The position numbers were made by a program, and so were the translations under genes. From Serratia symbiotica (GTDB lineage Bacteria > Pseudomonadota > Gammaproteobacteria > Enterobacterales > Enterobacteriaceae), in assembly GCA_011754105.1 (NCBI GenBank), contig JAAKDF010000001.1:16282-80281 (forward strand): a DNA stretch of 64,000 nucleotides. The letters are read 5' to 3'. Positions 13,185 to 22,863 of this stretch are shown here, piece after piece. The notes under the pieces were generated by a model, which was given only the letters and a program-made list of their open reading frames with translations, was not told where the DNA came from and did not search any database. How positions within the stretch are numbered: the first letter of the stretch is position 1; every line of letters starts with the position of its first letter.

Positions 13185-13682
13185 GGCGTTGTTGAATAAA
13201 TTGGATTTGGAATAAAGAGTCCCCTTAATGTGCATCTTTCAGGCAACGCGTACAGTTTCTGGCATACCGGCGAGCGTCCTCTTGTTTAATGCACAGCTCA
13301 TGGCCATATCCTCTGCAACTTGCGCATAATAATCTCGCAGCGACAGGTGACCACAAAATAGCTGTTTTACTTTGTACTTCTTTATTTCGGTCTCCATAGT
13401 CTGCCCAAAAATTTATTTCAGCATCAATACGCTGGTCATTGCCATATTAGAATAATGTTGTGGGCGACTACGCAGAGAAGGTTTTGCCTCGCAGTACCAG
13501 GCGTCAAGTGCCGTTTCATCCACCCAGAAAGTGATTTAACCACGAGTGATAATGGCATTGTTGTAAGTCTTCCAGTTGGTGATCTTAAATTTTTGCTTGG
13601 CCACTCCAATGTCGCTTTTTTGACAGAAATAGAGTTATCTGATTCTCGTGCCGGCAAAATGTTTGATTGATTCAAAAACGCC
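13185..13682 (-). mobile_element. IS903-group (IS5 family) element, internally deleted copy A (498 bp)
   Basis: The termini ggcgttgttgaataaat.. and ..ttgattgattcaaaaacgcc are inverted copies of the IS903-type end (GGCTTTGTTGAATAAATCG). The interior keeps the leader up to MTSVLMLK and the tail of the transposase gene. Two internal deletions are present and there is no 9-bp target duplication. Confidence 0.85.
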
Positions 13683-13689
13683 ACGCTCC

Positions 13690-13850
13690 GTATGTGCATG
13701 ACATCGTGCAGGGCTTTGATGGCCTAACTGAAGCCTAACGGAAGAATTGGCAGTACAGTGCTCGCGCCGATCATGTGCGGGAGGGACGGAACTGTAGGTA
13801 TTTGGCATTTGCCACTCGGCGTTAAGGCACTCATCCATAATTCCTAAGAC
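13690..13850 (+). pseudogene. possible acylphosphatase (YccX/AcyP) remnant
   Basis: Weak, frame-broken similarity (..YVHDIVQGF.. versus the AcyP ..GRVQGVGFR.. motif), supported mainly by its position convergent with tusE as in E. coli. Not secure. Confidence 0.3.
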
Positions 13851-13874
13851 GGTATCATAGTCTATCCTAGTATG

Positions 13875-14204
13875 TTAGATACATTTTACTGGTTTTGGCA
13901 GGCCGGCTATTTTGGTTGCTTGTTTTGCCGGGCCTTGCGGGAAGAAGCGGTAGAGATAGCGGCTATTGCCTTTTCCCTCACCATATTTCTGCACCATGGC
14001 TTTAACCAACATACGGATCGTCGGTGACGTATTAAACTGCTGGTAGAAGTGACGAACAAAACGTACCACTTCCCAATGTGCATCGGTCAGCATGATATCT
14101 TCTTGGGCAGCCAGCAGCGGTGCCAAGCCTTCATGCCAATCTGCGCTATTTTTCAGGTAACCTTGTGCGTCAGTTTCAATGGCCTGACCTTCAAACTCCA
14201 ACAT
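13875..14204 (-). CDS. tusE: sulfurtransferase TusE (DsrC family)
   Basis: ORF 13875..14258. From the internal Met, the product [77 protein letters not shown] is 109 aa, with near-identity to the E. coli TusE C-terminus. Confidence 0.9.
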   Translation of the reverse strand: MLEFEGQAIETDAQGYLKNSADWHEGLAPLLAAQEDIMLTDAHWEVVRFVRHFYQQFNTSPTIRMLVKAMVQKYGEGKGNSRYLYRFFPQGPAKQATKIAGLPKPVKCI

Positions 14205-14428
14205 ACTGCCTCGGTAACGGATAGTTTTGAACGGGCATGAGTTTATCAAAATTTTCATGATTCTTCTTTGCCCATTGTTATCGTTGCGGCACAGTGCACC
14301 GACGCTGATGCTTGATTAAACAATTGCGTAATTGGGTTCTTTATTTTCGTTCAGTTGGGCAGTATTGTGCTTTACAAGTAGATCTGCTATGTTTATAGTT
14401 TGTTTCGTTTTATAGTTTGGTTAGTTAC

Positions 14429-14516
14429 GGAGGGGTGGCCGAGTGGCTGAAGGCAACGGTCTTGAAAACCGTCGACGGGGAACCGTTCCAGAGTTCGAAT
14501 CTCTGCTCCTCCGCCA
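14429..14516 (+). tRNA. serT: tRNA-Ser (anticodon UGA), class II with long variable arm
   Basis: ggaggggtggccgagtggctgaaggcaacggtcTTGAaaaccgtcgacggggaaccgttccagagttcgaatctctgctcctccgcca. The acceptor stem pairs with one G-U, the anticodon stem is acggt/accgt with a cuUGAaa loop, a TPsiC arm is present and CCA is encoded. Very similar to E. coli serT. Confidence 0.93.
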
Positions 14517-14556
14517 TATTTAGACCCCCATATTTTGATAAGCTTGGATTTTTATG

Positions 14557-15100
14557 GTGCGCCTGTAAGGCGATGACTTAGAGGTGAAAGTCCTCTACAA
14601 ACCCGGTAAAGGAAAGTGTTAGCTGAACAGCAAGGGTTTTTAGGGGTGACTAAAAATCTTAAGGAACCTGAAAGCAAGAAGCGCGGCGGAAAGGTCAGGT
14701 AGTTCAAACATAAGTTCCTATGGTAGTTGGCTACAGCCCACAAATAAAGATATCAAGCAGCAGAGTGTCTCGCAGTTGCAGGGAAAAATTTAGAGTTTAA
14801 CGACGGGAAATATCTCGCAATCACTAAAGGTAGTTCTCAGAGAACGCAACTAGGTGCTACGAGGCAGGATAAATTATTTCCGACTAACGAAACTAAAAGG
14901 TTGACTGGAAGAGCTGGATGGTTAGATATAACAGAAACTCCGACGACTGATATGGCGGAACAAGAATAAAGCCTATGCCCATGCAATAATGCTAATAAGA
15001 AAGGGGCTAGGACAGAAAAGAGCGCAGAGATCAGCGGCCAACCAACGGGCTCACTAGTTCCACCAGGGAAAAAACCATGTAAATCTAGCGTACCCAAAAA
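14557..15100 (+). mobile_element. group II intron, 5' ribozyme portion only (truncated)
   Basis: It starts with the canonical GTGCG, followed by cctgtaaggcgatgacttagaGGTGAAAGTCCtctacaaaCCCGGTaaagg.., the pattern typical of bacterial group II intron domain I. No RT ORF and no domain V/VI were found, and the sequence ends at the IS256-type remnant. Confidence 0.65.
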
Positions 15101-15104
15101 GAGT

Positions 15105-15740
15105 TATCACAAGCGGGACTACTATCATTGCTGAGCCTGTACAGCATTCTATATAAATGCCTTTTCTCAGAAAAGGCAATCCAAGCGGCTACTGAACTCG
15201 ATAATAAAATTGCTTATCCCCATGCCGCCAGTCCCTCAGCGGCATTGTCTATTTTCCCGAAGCCGCTTGGATTGCTAGCAACACCCCTTTTTACTGAGTC
15301 GTCCGTTGGGAACACCTTACGTTTTTTGATGGCATGCCGGATCACGCTGTTTAGCGACTCGATGGTGTTTGTTGTGTAGAGCACCTTGCGGGTATCCCAT
15401 TGGGTAGGCGAAGAAATGCGTGGCCAGATTGGCTCAGTTTACCTGCCAGCTTCGGCTTATTTGAAGATACCGGTTGTCCCAGGATCCACCGAACGCTTCC
15501 AGCGCCTGCAACCACGCTTCTTCCGTGGGCACCTTATAAAGATGGCCTTCAGATCACGGGTGACGGCCTTGTAGTCCTTCCAGGAGACGAACCGCAGACT
15601 TGTTGTGTACCCTAATGCAAATGATACACGGTTAGGAACGCGCTTGCGTATACGCCACGTTGATGGCATCAGGTCAGCCTTTCAGGCATTCAACTCAGGC
15701 GATAAGAATTGTCAGCGCCAGTGATATAAGTCCTAAAACG
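15105..15740 (-). mobile_element. IS256-family (mutator-type) transposase C-terminal remnant
   Basis: Reverse frames give ..WKDYKAVTRDLKAIF.. and ..YTTNTIESLNSVIRHAIKKRKVFPN..NFIIEF.., characteristic of the IS256-family transposase C-terminal third. Frameshifted and 5'-truncated. Confidence 0.7.
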
Positions 15741-15944
15741 GGCGTTGTTGAATAAATTGGATTTGGAATAAAGAGTCCTCTGAATGTGCATCTTTCAGGC
15801 ACCGCGTAAAGTTTCTAGCATACCGGCCAGCCAGTTAGTTATCTTGAACTTTTGCTTGGCCACACAATATCGCTATTTTGATAGACAGAAAGAGAGTGAT
15901 CTGATCCTAGTGCCGGCAAAATATTTAATTTATTCAACAACGCC
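15741..15944 (-). mobile_element. MITE-like 204-bp derivative of the IS903-group element (copy B)
   Basis: About 90 bp of the right end (ggcgttgttgaataaattggatttggaataaagagtcc..) is fused directly to about 113 bp of the left end (..ggccacacaatatcgctattttgatag..gccggcaaaatatttaatttattcaacaacgcc). Both terminal inverted repeats are kept and no coding capacity remains. Confidence 0.8.
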
Positions 15945-15952
15945 CCCTCACG

Positions 15953-15991
15953 AAAAAAAACCAACATAACAATAATAACTATGTTGGTTTT
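15953..15991 (-). terminator. rho-independent terminator of icd
   Basis: On the - strand, the stem aaaaccaacat/atgttggtttt is followed by a run of 8 T, immediately after the icd stop. Confidence 0.6.
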
Positions 15992-15996
15992 ATATT

Positions 15997-17265
15997 TCAC
16001 GCTGCTAGTAACATATGCTTAATGATAGCATTGCCAAATTCTGAACATTTCAGTAACTTAGAGCCATCCATCAAACGTGCAAAATCGTAGGTCACGGTTT
16101 TCTCGGCAATCGCTCCTTCCATACCTTTAATAATTAAATCAGCAGCTTCTGTCCAACCCATATGACGCAGCATCATTTCGGCAGAGAGGATAATGGAACC
16201 TGGATTTACTTTGTCCTGGCCGACGTATTTAGGCGCAGTGCCGTGGGTCGCTTCAAACAGCGCGCAGTCAGATCCGATGTTGGCACCGGGTGCAATACCG
16301 ATACCGCCAACCTGGGCTGCTAGAGCGTCAGAAATGTAGTCACCGTTCAAGTTCATACAGGCGATCACATCGTATTCCGCTGGGCGTAGCAATATTTGCT
16401 GTAAGAAGGCATCGGCGATCACATCTTTAACCACGATCTCTTTACCGGTATTTGGGTTCTTAATTTTCAGCCATGACCCACCGTCAATTAACTTACCACT
16501 AAACTCTTCACGCGCCAATTCATAGCCCCAATCCTTGAAAGCACCTTCGGTAAATTTCATGATGTTGCCTTTGTGAACCAGGGTCACAGAATCACGATTA
16601 TTTGTGATAGCGTATTTGATCGCTGCACGCACCAGACGCTTAGTTCCCTCTTCGGAGACGGGTTTAACTCCGATCCCACACTGCGCTGGGAAGCGGATCT
16701 GCTCCACGCCCATTTCATCACGCAGAAATTTGATCACTTTATCTGCTTGCACAGAACCGGCTTTCCACTCAATGCCAGCATAAATATCTTCAGCGTTTTC
16801 ACGGAAGATCACCATATCAGTCAGTTCTGGCTGTTTAACCGGACTTGGGGTGCCCTGATAATAGCGTACTGGACGCAGGCACACGTATAGATCCAACTGC
16901 TGGCGTAGAGCTACGTTAAGGGAGCGAATACCATTACCAACCGGGGTAGTCAACGGGCCTTTGATGGCAACACGGTAGTTACGGATCAGATCCAGGGTTT
17001 CATCCGGTAGCCACACATCATTCCCATAAACGTGAGTGGATTTTTCGCCAGTGTAGATTTCCATCCATGCGATTTTGCGGGTGCAGTGGTATGCTTTTTC
17101 TACAGCTGCATCAACCACATGAATCATAGCAGGGGTAACATCAACGCCAATACCATCGCCTTCGATAAACGGAATGATAGGGTTATTTGGAACGATCAAA
17201 TTACCCTGGTAATCGACCGTAATCTTTTTACCTTCTGCCGGAATAACTACTGTACTTTTCATCAA
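15997..17265 (-). CDS. icd: isocitrate dehydrogenase (NADP)
   Basis: 422-aa ORF, near-collinear with E. coli Icd (..[49 protein letters not shown]..). Confidence 0.97.
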   Translation of the reverse strand: MMKSTVVIPAEGKKITVDYQGNLIVPNNPIIPFIEGDGIGVDVTPAMIHVVDAAVEKAYHCTRKIAWMEIYTGEKSTHVYGNDVWLPDETLDLIRNYRVAIKGPLTTPVGNGIRSLNVALRQQLDLYVCLRPVRYYQGTPSPVKQPELTDMVIFRENAEDIYAGIEWKAGSVQADKVIKFLRDEMGVEQIRFPAQCGIGVKPVSEEGTKRLVRAAIKYAITNNRDSVTLVHKGNIMKFTEGAFKDWGYELAREEFSGKLIDGGSWLKIKNPNTGKEIVVKDVIADAFLQQILLRPAEYDVIACMNLNGDYISDALAAQVGGIGIAPGANIGSDCALFEATHGTAPKYVGQDKVNPGSIILSAEMMLRHMGWTEAADLIIKGMEGAIAEKTVTYDFARLMDGSKLLKCSEFGNAIIKHMLLAA

Positions 17266-17366
17266 CCTCTCCTTATACGCGCAATTTTTGTTAATGATTT
17301 ATAAGATGTGTGGAGATACTACATCGAATATTCCGCCCGATCCAATCCGAAATGGATTCGGTTATA

Positions 17367-17687
17367 ATGCGCTTATCAGCCATAATCTAAACTGCTATTA
17401 ATAAAAGATTTATTAAAAATCAAAAAGTTAAACGATTTAGTAAGAATGTGGCAGTGCCAGATCTGTGGCGAGTGGTATTATTCAACAAGCCATTTAATGT
17501 GCTGTCACAGTTCACCAATGCATCCGGTCAGGCACCACCTTGAAAGCATTTATTCCCTTTACCGACGTTTACGCCGCCTGGCGTCTGTATCGCGAAAATG
17601 AATGGCTGTTGGTGCCTACCAACGAGGGTAAGTTGCAGGCGCAACTCACCCAACCGGGCAAACGCATCTGTAAGGTGTACTTCGTGC
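17367..17687 (+). pseudogene. rluE: 23S rRNA pseudouridine synthase RluE, 5' fragment (stop, frameshift, truncated by IS)
   Basis: [46 protein letters not shown].. then, frame-shifted, ..[23 protein letters not shown].. is collinear with the E. coli RluE N-terminus. Divergent from icd as in E. coli, and it ends at the IS copy at 17688. Confidence 0.75.
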
Positions 17688-18289
17688 GGCGTTGTTGAAT
17701 AAATCGACCATTTGGCCGTCACGAAGATCACACTAGAATTAGATGAATCTCCTTCTGTCAAAATAGCGACATTGCGTGGCCCAGCAAAAGTTCAAGATAA
17801 CTAACTAGAAGGCTTACAACAACGCTCTTATCATTCGGGATTCACTCACTTTCTGGGTGGATATTCCTATATGCCAATGACTAGCATCTTGATGCTAAAA
17901 TGGATTTTCGGCCTAACACTTCGCGCCATCCGTGGCTTCGTCTACTTCATCGACTTACCGCCCAGAAGCGTAGCCCGTTATTGGTCGGCAGACTATGCAG
18001 ACCGAAATCAAGCGGTGGCTAACCAGCGCCTTACCGGAGATAACACACGGAGGAAAAATATCACAGGCTACCACCGACGTTTGATAGCCTCAACATCGAT
18101 GTACAGAGTACAGCAGCTATTTGGTGGTCACCTTTCGCTGCGAGGTTAATGCAAGTTGCAGAGGGTATGGCCATGATCTGTGCATTAAACAATATAACGC
18201 TGGACGGTATGCTAGAAACTGTACGCGGTGCCTGAAAGATACACATTCAGGGGACTCTTTATTCCAAATCTGATTTATTCAACAACGCC
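17688..18289 (+). mobile_element. IS903-group element, internally deleted copy C (602 bp)
   Basis: Both terminal repeats are present (ggcgttgttgaataaatcgacc.. / ..ctgatttattcaacaacgcc). The transposase remnant MTSILMLKWIFGLTLRAIRGFV jumps to ..PPRSVARYWSADYADRNQAVANQRLTG... No target duplication. Confidence 0.85.
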
Positions 18290-18343
18290 CCTTTTCTGAT
18301 GTATTCCCCGGAGATTGCGTCGGTAAGACTTAACTGGAATAAA

Positions 18344-20640
18344 ATGATGAAGAAGATGAATAGATTCAAGTTGCGTGCCTTTGCCGCGATGACGGCAACC
18401 CTTAGGTGGATAACAATTAATGTAACATAACTCATTTGACAGGAGAACTGTACAAGCTGGAACCGACCAATAAATTCAGCGGATGCCAGGCTGGTAATCC
18501 GGTGGAGATCCAGATCATCGCCGAGTACTGGAAACTGTTTAAAACCTACTTTGTGCGTCGCTGGTACGCCACCTCCGGCGACGCCAAACGGAAAATCCTG
18601 CTGAATACTTATACCGAAGACCTAAGCCAGTTCGTGATGCCCTTGACCGGCGACCAGTGGTAATATACCAAGGATGACGACAACTTCCTGATGACGCCCG
18701 CGTCGTTCTTCATTAAAAACACCTAGATGAAAACCTTGCCAGCCGTGGTGCTGCGCGGCTAGATTGTGCCGAAGCTAATGGACGTGAAGGTACATCCGCA
18801 GGCCATCGACCTGAGCAGAAGCGTGGCGCTAAAGTTAAGTGCGTTGGTTAAACCGACAACAGAGGTCATCAGCCACCGTTTCTCGCTGCCGAGCATTGCC
18901 GCCAACACAAATGGCTATTGGCAGTGCCGGGTGCCTATGAGCTGAAGATTGACGAGAAGGAAGCTTAGGTGATCGGTTTCGATCAGGCTAGGATGTTCAA
19001 CGGCCTGCAATCGATCCTGTCGCTGTTTCCCGAGCGATGTCGGTAGCAATTATCACTACTCTAGATGCCAAATACGCGCCACGCTTCCAGTATTGCGGCA
19101 TCTTCCTTGACGTTGCGCACAACTTCTACCATAAAGACTCCTTGCTGCGCCTGATAGATCAGATGGCGGTCTATAAACTGAATAAATTCCACTTCTATCT
19201 TAGCGAAGATGATAGGCCGGCGCATCGAAATACCGGGCCTACCGTAACTGATCGAAGTAGGATGGCAACGCTGCCACGACCTAAGCGACACCCGTTGTCT
19301 ATTGCCGCAGTATGGTCAAGGGCCTAAGGTTTACGGCGGTTTCTTCTCCCGTGAGGACTATATCGATATCGTCAAATATTCTCAGGCGCGCTAGATTGAA
19401 GTAATACCCGGAATAGACATATCGGCGCACACCCCTGCCGCGGTGGTTTTCATGTAAGCTTGCCAGAAGAAACTGCATGCGGCTGGCAAAGAGCATGAGG
19501 CCAACGAGTTCCGCCTGGTGGATCCGACCGATACTTCTAACACCACGTCGGTGCAGTACTTTAACCGACACAGTTATCTGAACCAGTGCCTGGATTTATC
19601 CAAACGTTTTGTCGATAAAGTGATCAGCGAAATCGCCTAAATGCACAAAAATGCCAGGTGCGCAGCGGCTGGCATTTTTGTGGTGATGAAGCGAAAAACA
19701 TTCGTTTAGGGGCTGGCAGGCTATACCGATCGTGTGAAACCTGAGCCGGGCAAAGGCGTTATCAATTAGAGTAAATAAGATAAGCTTTGGGCAAAATCCC
19801 AGGTGTGCCAAACGATGATGAGCAACGGCAAGGTGGCAGACATGGAGCACCTACCGCGCTACTTCGCGCAAGAAGTCAGCCAACGAGTAAAGGCGCACGG
19901 CATCGACAGAATGCAGGCTTGTCAGGACGGATTGAGAGGTGCGCAGGACGTCCAGGTATTCGCCCCGTCGTGCGTGGGCATGAATTTCTGGGATACCCTG
20001 TACTGGGGCTGCTTCGACAGCGCCAACGATTGGGCGAGCGAACAAGGGATACGAGTTGATCCTCTCTAACTAGGATTACGTATATATGGACTTCCCACAC
20101 GAAGGCAATCCGGACGAACGCAGTTATTACTGGGGTACCAGCTTCAGCGAAGAGCGTAAGATATTCAGCTTCGCGCCGGATAACCTGCCGCAGAATGCTG
20201 AAACCTCGGTGGATCATGATTGCCACCGCTTTAGTGCCAAAAGCGACAAACCCTGGCCGGGTACCTATGGCATTTACGCCCAGATGTGGAGCGAAACCCA
20301 ACGCACGGATCCTCAGATGTCATACATGATCTTCCCGCGTTCGCTATCAGTTGCCGAATGTGCTTGGTATTGTGCTTCCTGGAAGCAGGATTACCTGGCT
20401 GGCTCTATATAACAGGGTGGGCAACGCACTTTGTTGATGAAAACGCCTTGGCGTAGGACTGGCTGTGCTTCGCCAACTTGATCGGTCAGCGCGAGTTGGC
20501 CAAGCTGGACAAGATTGGCGTCAGCTATCGCCTGCCGGTAGGCTACTTTATTTGCCATTTTGGCCCTGGATAGCGTAGCGCCCACCCTCCTAATAGACTC
20601 TCTGCACGCTGCTGTTGTTGTGCTATGTCCGTGTCCAAAA
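18344..20640 (+). pseudogene. chb: GH20 beta-N-acetylhexosaminidase (chitobiase) pseudogene
   Basis: A signal-peptide-like start MMKKMNRFKLRAFAAMTA is followed by stops. Fragments ..DAKYAPRFQYCGIFLDVAHNFYHKDSLLRLIDQMAVYKLNKFHFYLSEDD.. and ..DFPHEGNPDERSYYWGTSFSEERKIFSFAPDNLPQNAE..WSETQRTDPQMSYMIFPRSLSVAECAW.. match Serratia/Vibrio-type chitobiase. Many stops and frameshifts; the 3' limit is approximate. Confidence 0.8.
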
Positions 20641-20726
20641 TGGCTACAACAATGTACGCCTAGTGTGCGGTACTTTCTTCAGTGACTTGACAAGGGCGGA
20701 ACCAACCGCGTCAATGCCTGCTAATC

Positions 20727-20756
20727 AATAATCCCGCTAGGGGATTATTTTTTTGT
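20727..20756 (+). terminator. hairpin plus T-run between convergent chb and fur (overlaps the last fur codons)
   Basis: aataatccc-gctag-gggattatt followed by ttttttt. The fur stop codon lies in the loop. Confidence 0.5.
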
Positions 20757-21192
20757 TGTGCAGCGTATCGTATTCGCGGCAATCACCAGTTTCACAGTGG
20801 CCGTACAAGTACAGACTGTGGTTGGTAAGTTTGATACCGTGCCGCTTGGCGATATCACGCTGACGCGTATCGATGGATACATCACTAAATTCGATTACTT
20901 TGCCGCAGTCCAGACAGATTAAGTGATCGTGATGGTACTGTTGAGTCAGCTCGAACACTGACTTGCCGCCTTCAAAATTGTGACGCGTCACAATGCCCGT
21001 ATCATCAAACTGGTTCAGCACGCGGTAAACCGTCGCTAGCCCAATTTCTTCACTCATATCTATCAGTTTTTTATACAAATCTTCCGCACTAACGTGATGG
21101 CATTCCGGATTTTGCAGTACTTCTAGGATTTTGAGTCGCGGAAGCGTGACTTTCAAACCAGCCTTCTTTAATGCAATGTTGTTGTCAGTCAT
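20737..21192 (-). CDS. fur: ferric uptake regulator
   Basis: 151-aa ORF MTDNNIALKKAGLKVTLPRLKILEVL..HHDHLICLDCGKVIEF..LYLYGHC, near-identical to enterobacterial Fur. Confidence 0.97.
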   Translation of the reverse strand: MTDNNIALKKAGLKVTLPRLKILEVLQNPECHHVSAEDLYKKLIDMSEEIGLATVYRVLNQFDDTGIVTRHNFEGGKSVFELTQQYHHDHLICLDCGKVIEFSDVSIDTRQRDIAKRHGIKLTNHSLYLYGHCETGDCREYDTLHNKKIIP

Positions 21193-21269
21193 GCGGCTTC
21201 AGTCCTGTTGCTATACTAATCAACTCAACGTAAGGCGTTTTCACATGTGTCATTGGTTAGCATAAAGAG

Positions 21270-21288
21270 TTAATTGCTTCTCATTATA
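21270..21288 (-). promoter_or_regulatory. candidate Fur box upstream of fur
   Basis: The reverse complement tataatgagaagcaattaa matches about 12/19 positions of GATAATGATAATCATTATC and lies about 80 nt upstream of the fur ATG. fur is autoregulated in E. coli. Confidence 0.35.
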
Positions 21289-21515
21289 TAACTGGTTTTT
21301 ATAAATGGAAACCGCACATTGTTTGTAGTGATATAATTAAACTTTTTACTATATCACCAAAACGCTTTGATGGCTGGGATAAGGCGATGATACAGTTTAC
21401 TGTGACAATCTGGGAAGCTACAAATGTGTCGCTTCTAATCGCAGCTTACAGTAATATGTGTCGATTCTAATTACAGCAAGCTATACTGCTAATAATACTA
21501 TGCACTTGGCAGCGC

Positions 21516-22085
21516 CTATGTTGAACAGTTGTTCAACATAGGCGCTGAGCCGACGATATCACCCAGGCTCAGTTCTTCGACGATCTGTATAATCCAGGCT
21601 GAAACTCGCTCTCCGGTTAGCTCTGGCTGGCGGTCTTCGTCGATCGCCAGCCCGATAAAATTGTCATCGTCTGCCAAGCCTTTAGATGCCTCGAAATGAT
21701 AGCTTTTGATTGGCCAGTGGCCAACGATGGCAGCCCCGAGCGGCTCGATAATGTCGTGGAGGGTGCCCATCGCGTCACAGAAGTATTCAGCGTAGTCTTC
21801 TTGGTCGCCGCAACCAAACAACGCAACCAGCTTGCCGCTGAAGTCCACGTCTTCCAGCGTTGGGAAAAAGTCATCCCAGTCACACTGTGCTTCCCCGTAG
21901 TACCAGGTTGGTATGCCCAGGAGTAAGATATCAAAACTTTCAAGATCTTCTTTGCTGCTTTTTGCGATATCATGAACTACAGATACCCCATCTCCAAACT
22001 GTGTCTGGAGAATTTTCTGAATCATTTTAGCAATGTTTTCAGTATTGCCAGTATCGCTGCCAAAGAAAATGCCTACCGTAGCCAT
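21516..22085 (-). CDS. fldA: flavodoxin 1
   Basis: ORF 21516..22109. From the internal Met: MATVGIFFGSDTGNTENIAKMIQ..LLLGIPTWYYGEAQCDWDDFFPTLE... It is about 13 aa longer at the C-terminus than E. coli FldA because the ORF reads into the terminator hairpin. Confidence 0.93.
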   Translation of the reverse strand: MATVGIFFGSDTGNTENIAKMIQKILQTQFGDGVSVVHDIAKSSKEDLESFDILLLGIPTWYYGEAQCDWDDFFPTLEDVDFSGKLVALFGCGDQEDYAEYFCDAMGTLHDIIEPLGAAIVGHWPIKSYHFEASKGLADDDNFIGLAIDEDRQPELTGERVSAWIIQIVEELSLGDIVGSAPMLNNCST

Positions 22086-22249
22086 ATCGCGTTTAACCTT
22101 TGATTTCAATAAATTATATTATATAATGTAAGTGGTAACTTCGTTTACATCGGTTAAAATAGTACCCGGTAAGAGTTTAGAGCATCCTAGCGGCGCGTGA
22201 TTTTACCGGTAAACATCTTATCTGAATGATGCGACGCCTGTGTGGCTAA

Positions 22250-22547
22250 AGTGATCAATGTTCTGGTCACTGCTCCTGCCAGTTACCCCAGCAGCATGTG
22301 CTCGATAAGCTCGCTGCGGCTAATATTGTGCTGTTCTGCCAGTTTATTGAGATCGCGTCTACCGCATTTGCGTTGATTTTCAGCTCCACGCGGCGCAATC
22401 CACACGCACTTTATCGCGCTGTAGCTGATTGAGTTTATTGATTATAAACTGTTCATCTCGAGATAGTGGGTTGGTTTTCTGGCGTCCCGGACGGTATCCA
22501 TCTGCGAACATATCCAGCGTAGTGCGATCCGTTTATTCTTTTGCCAT
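22250..22547 (-). pseudogene. ybfE: LexA-regulon CopG-like protein YbfE pseudogene
   Basis: MAKE*TDRTTLDMFADGYRPGRQKTNPLSRDEQFIINKLNQLQRDKVR.. is collinear with E. coli YbfE, but has a stop at codon 5, further stops and a frameshift. Confidence 0.7.
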
Positions 22548-22587
22548 AGGTAGCGTTGTACTGCAAGGGAGTATGCATTAAAAAGCG

Positions 22588-22719
22588 TTTATACCCTCAC
22601 TCACACTTCAATTTTCATGTACGTTAGATTTCCTCGCTCACCCTAATTACTTACTGCTGTAAGCTCCTACGGGGTACTGCGTTGCTGCCTTCCTGCAACT
22701 TAAATTATTTAAGGTATAC
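22588..22719. repeat. ERIC / IRU intergenic repeat (full-length copy)
   Basis: ..acttcaattttcatgtacgttagatttcctcgctcaccctaattacttactgctgtaagctcctacggggtac..gctgccttcctgcaacttaaattatttaaggtatac matches the ERIC consensus, including the cores CGCTCACCCCAGTCACTTACTT and ATGTAAGCTCCTGGGGATTCAC. Confidence 0.8.
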
Positions 22720-22755
22720 ATGCTTCTAGACGGTTCGGTTAACACACTTCGGGCC

Positions 22756-22863
22756 AATGAAAAACTTATTCAAATTTACCCCTAGGTTGTTTATCGCCCT
22801 GTGCTGGCTAAGTGTGCGACTCGTATTCCGCGATATTTCCATGGAGGACGGTGATGTAAACTG
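22756..22863 (+). pseudogene. yhdT: yhdT remnant (C-terminal half only)
   Basis: The 35-codon ORF ..TPRLFIALCWLSVRLVFRDISMEDGDVN* matches the C-terminus of the 80-aa E. coli YhdT and overlaps the panF start as in E. coli. The N-terminal half is missing. Confidence 0.45.

Noticed and set aside
13635-13838. 67-aa ORF on the - strand between IS copy A and tusE
   Set aside because: It starts in non-coding DNA and runs into the IS left end. The + strand here shows weak acylphosphatase-like remnants instead. Neither is strong enough to call as a functional gene.
15784-15969. ORFs beginning MCIFQAPR.. (15784..15969 + and 18061..18246 -) that recur in the window
   Set aside because: They recur only because they lie in the conserved right end of the IS903-group element, antisense to the transposase C-terminus. 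They are not an independent gene family.
15945-17265. e14-like prophage remnant at the icd 3' end
   Set aside because: No duplicated icd 3' segment was found, and no phage or integrase genes. Only IS and intron debris is present, and the icd C-terminus differs from E. coli by just a 4-aa extension.
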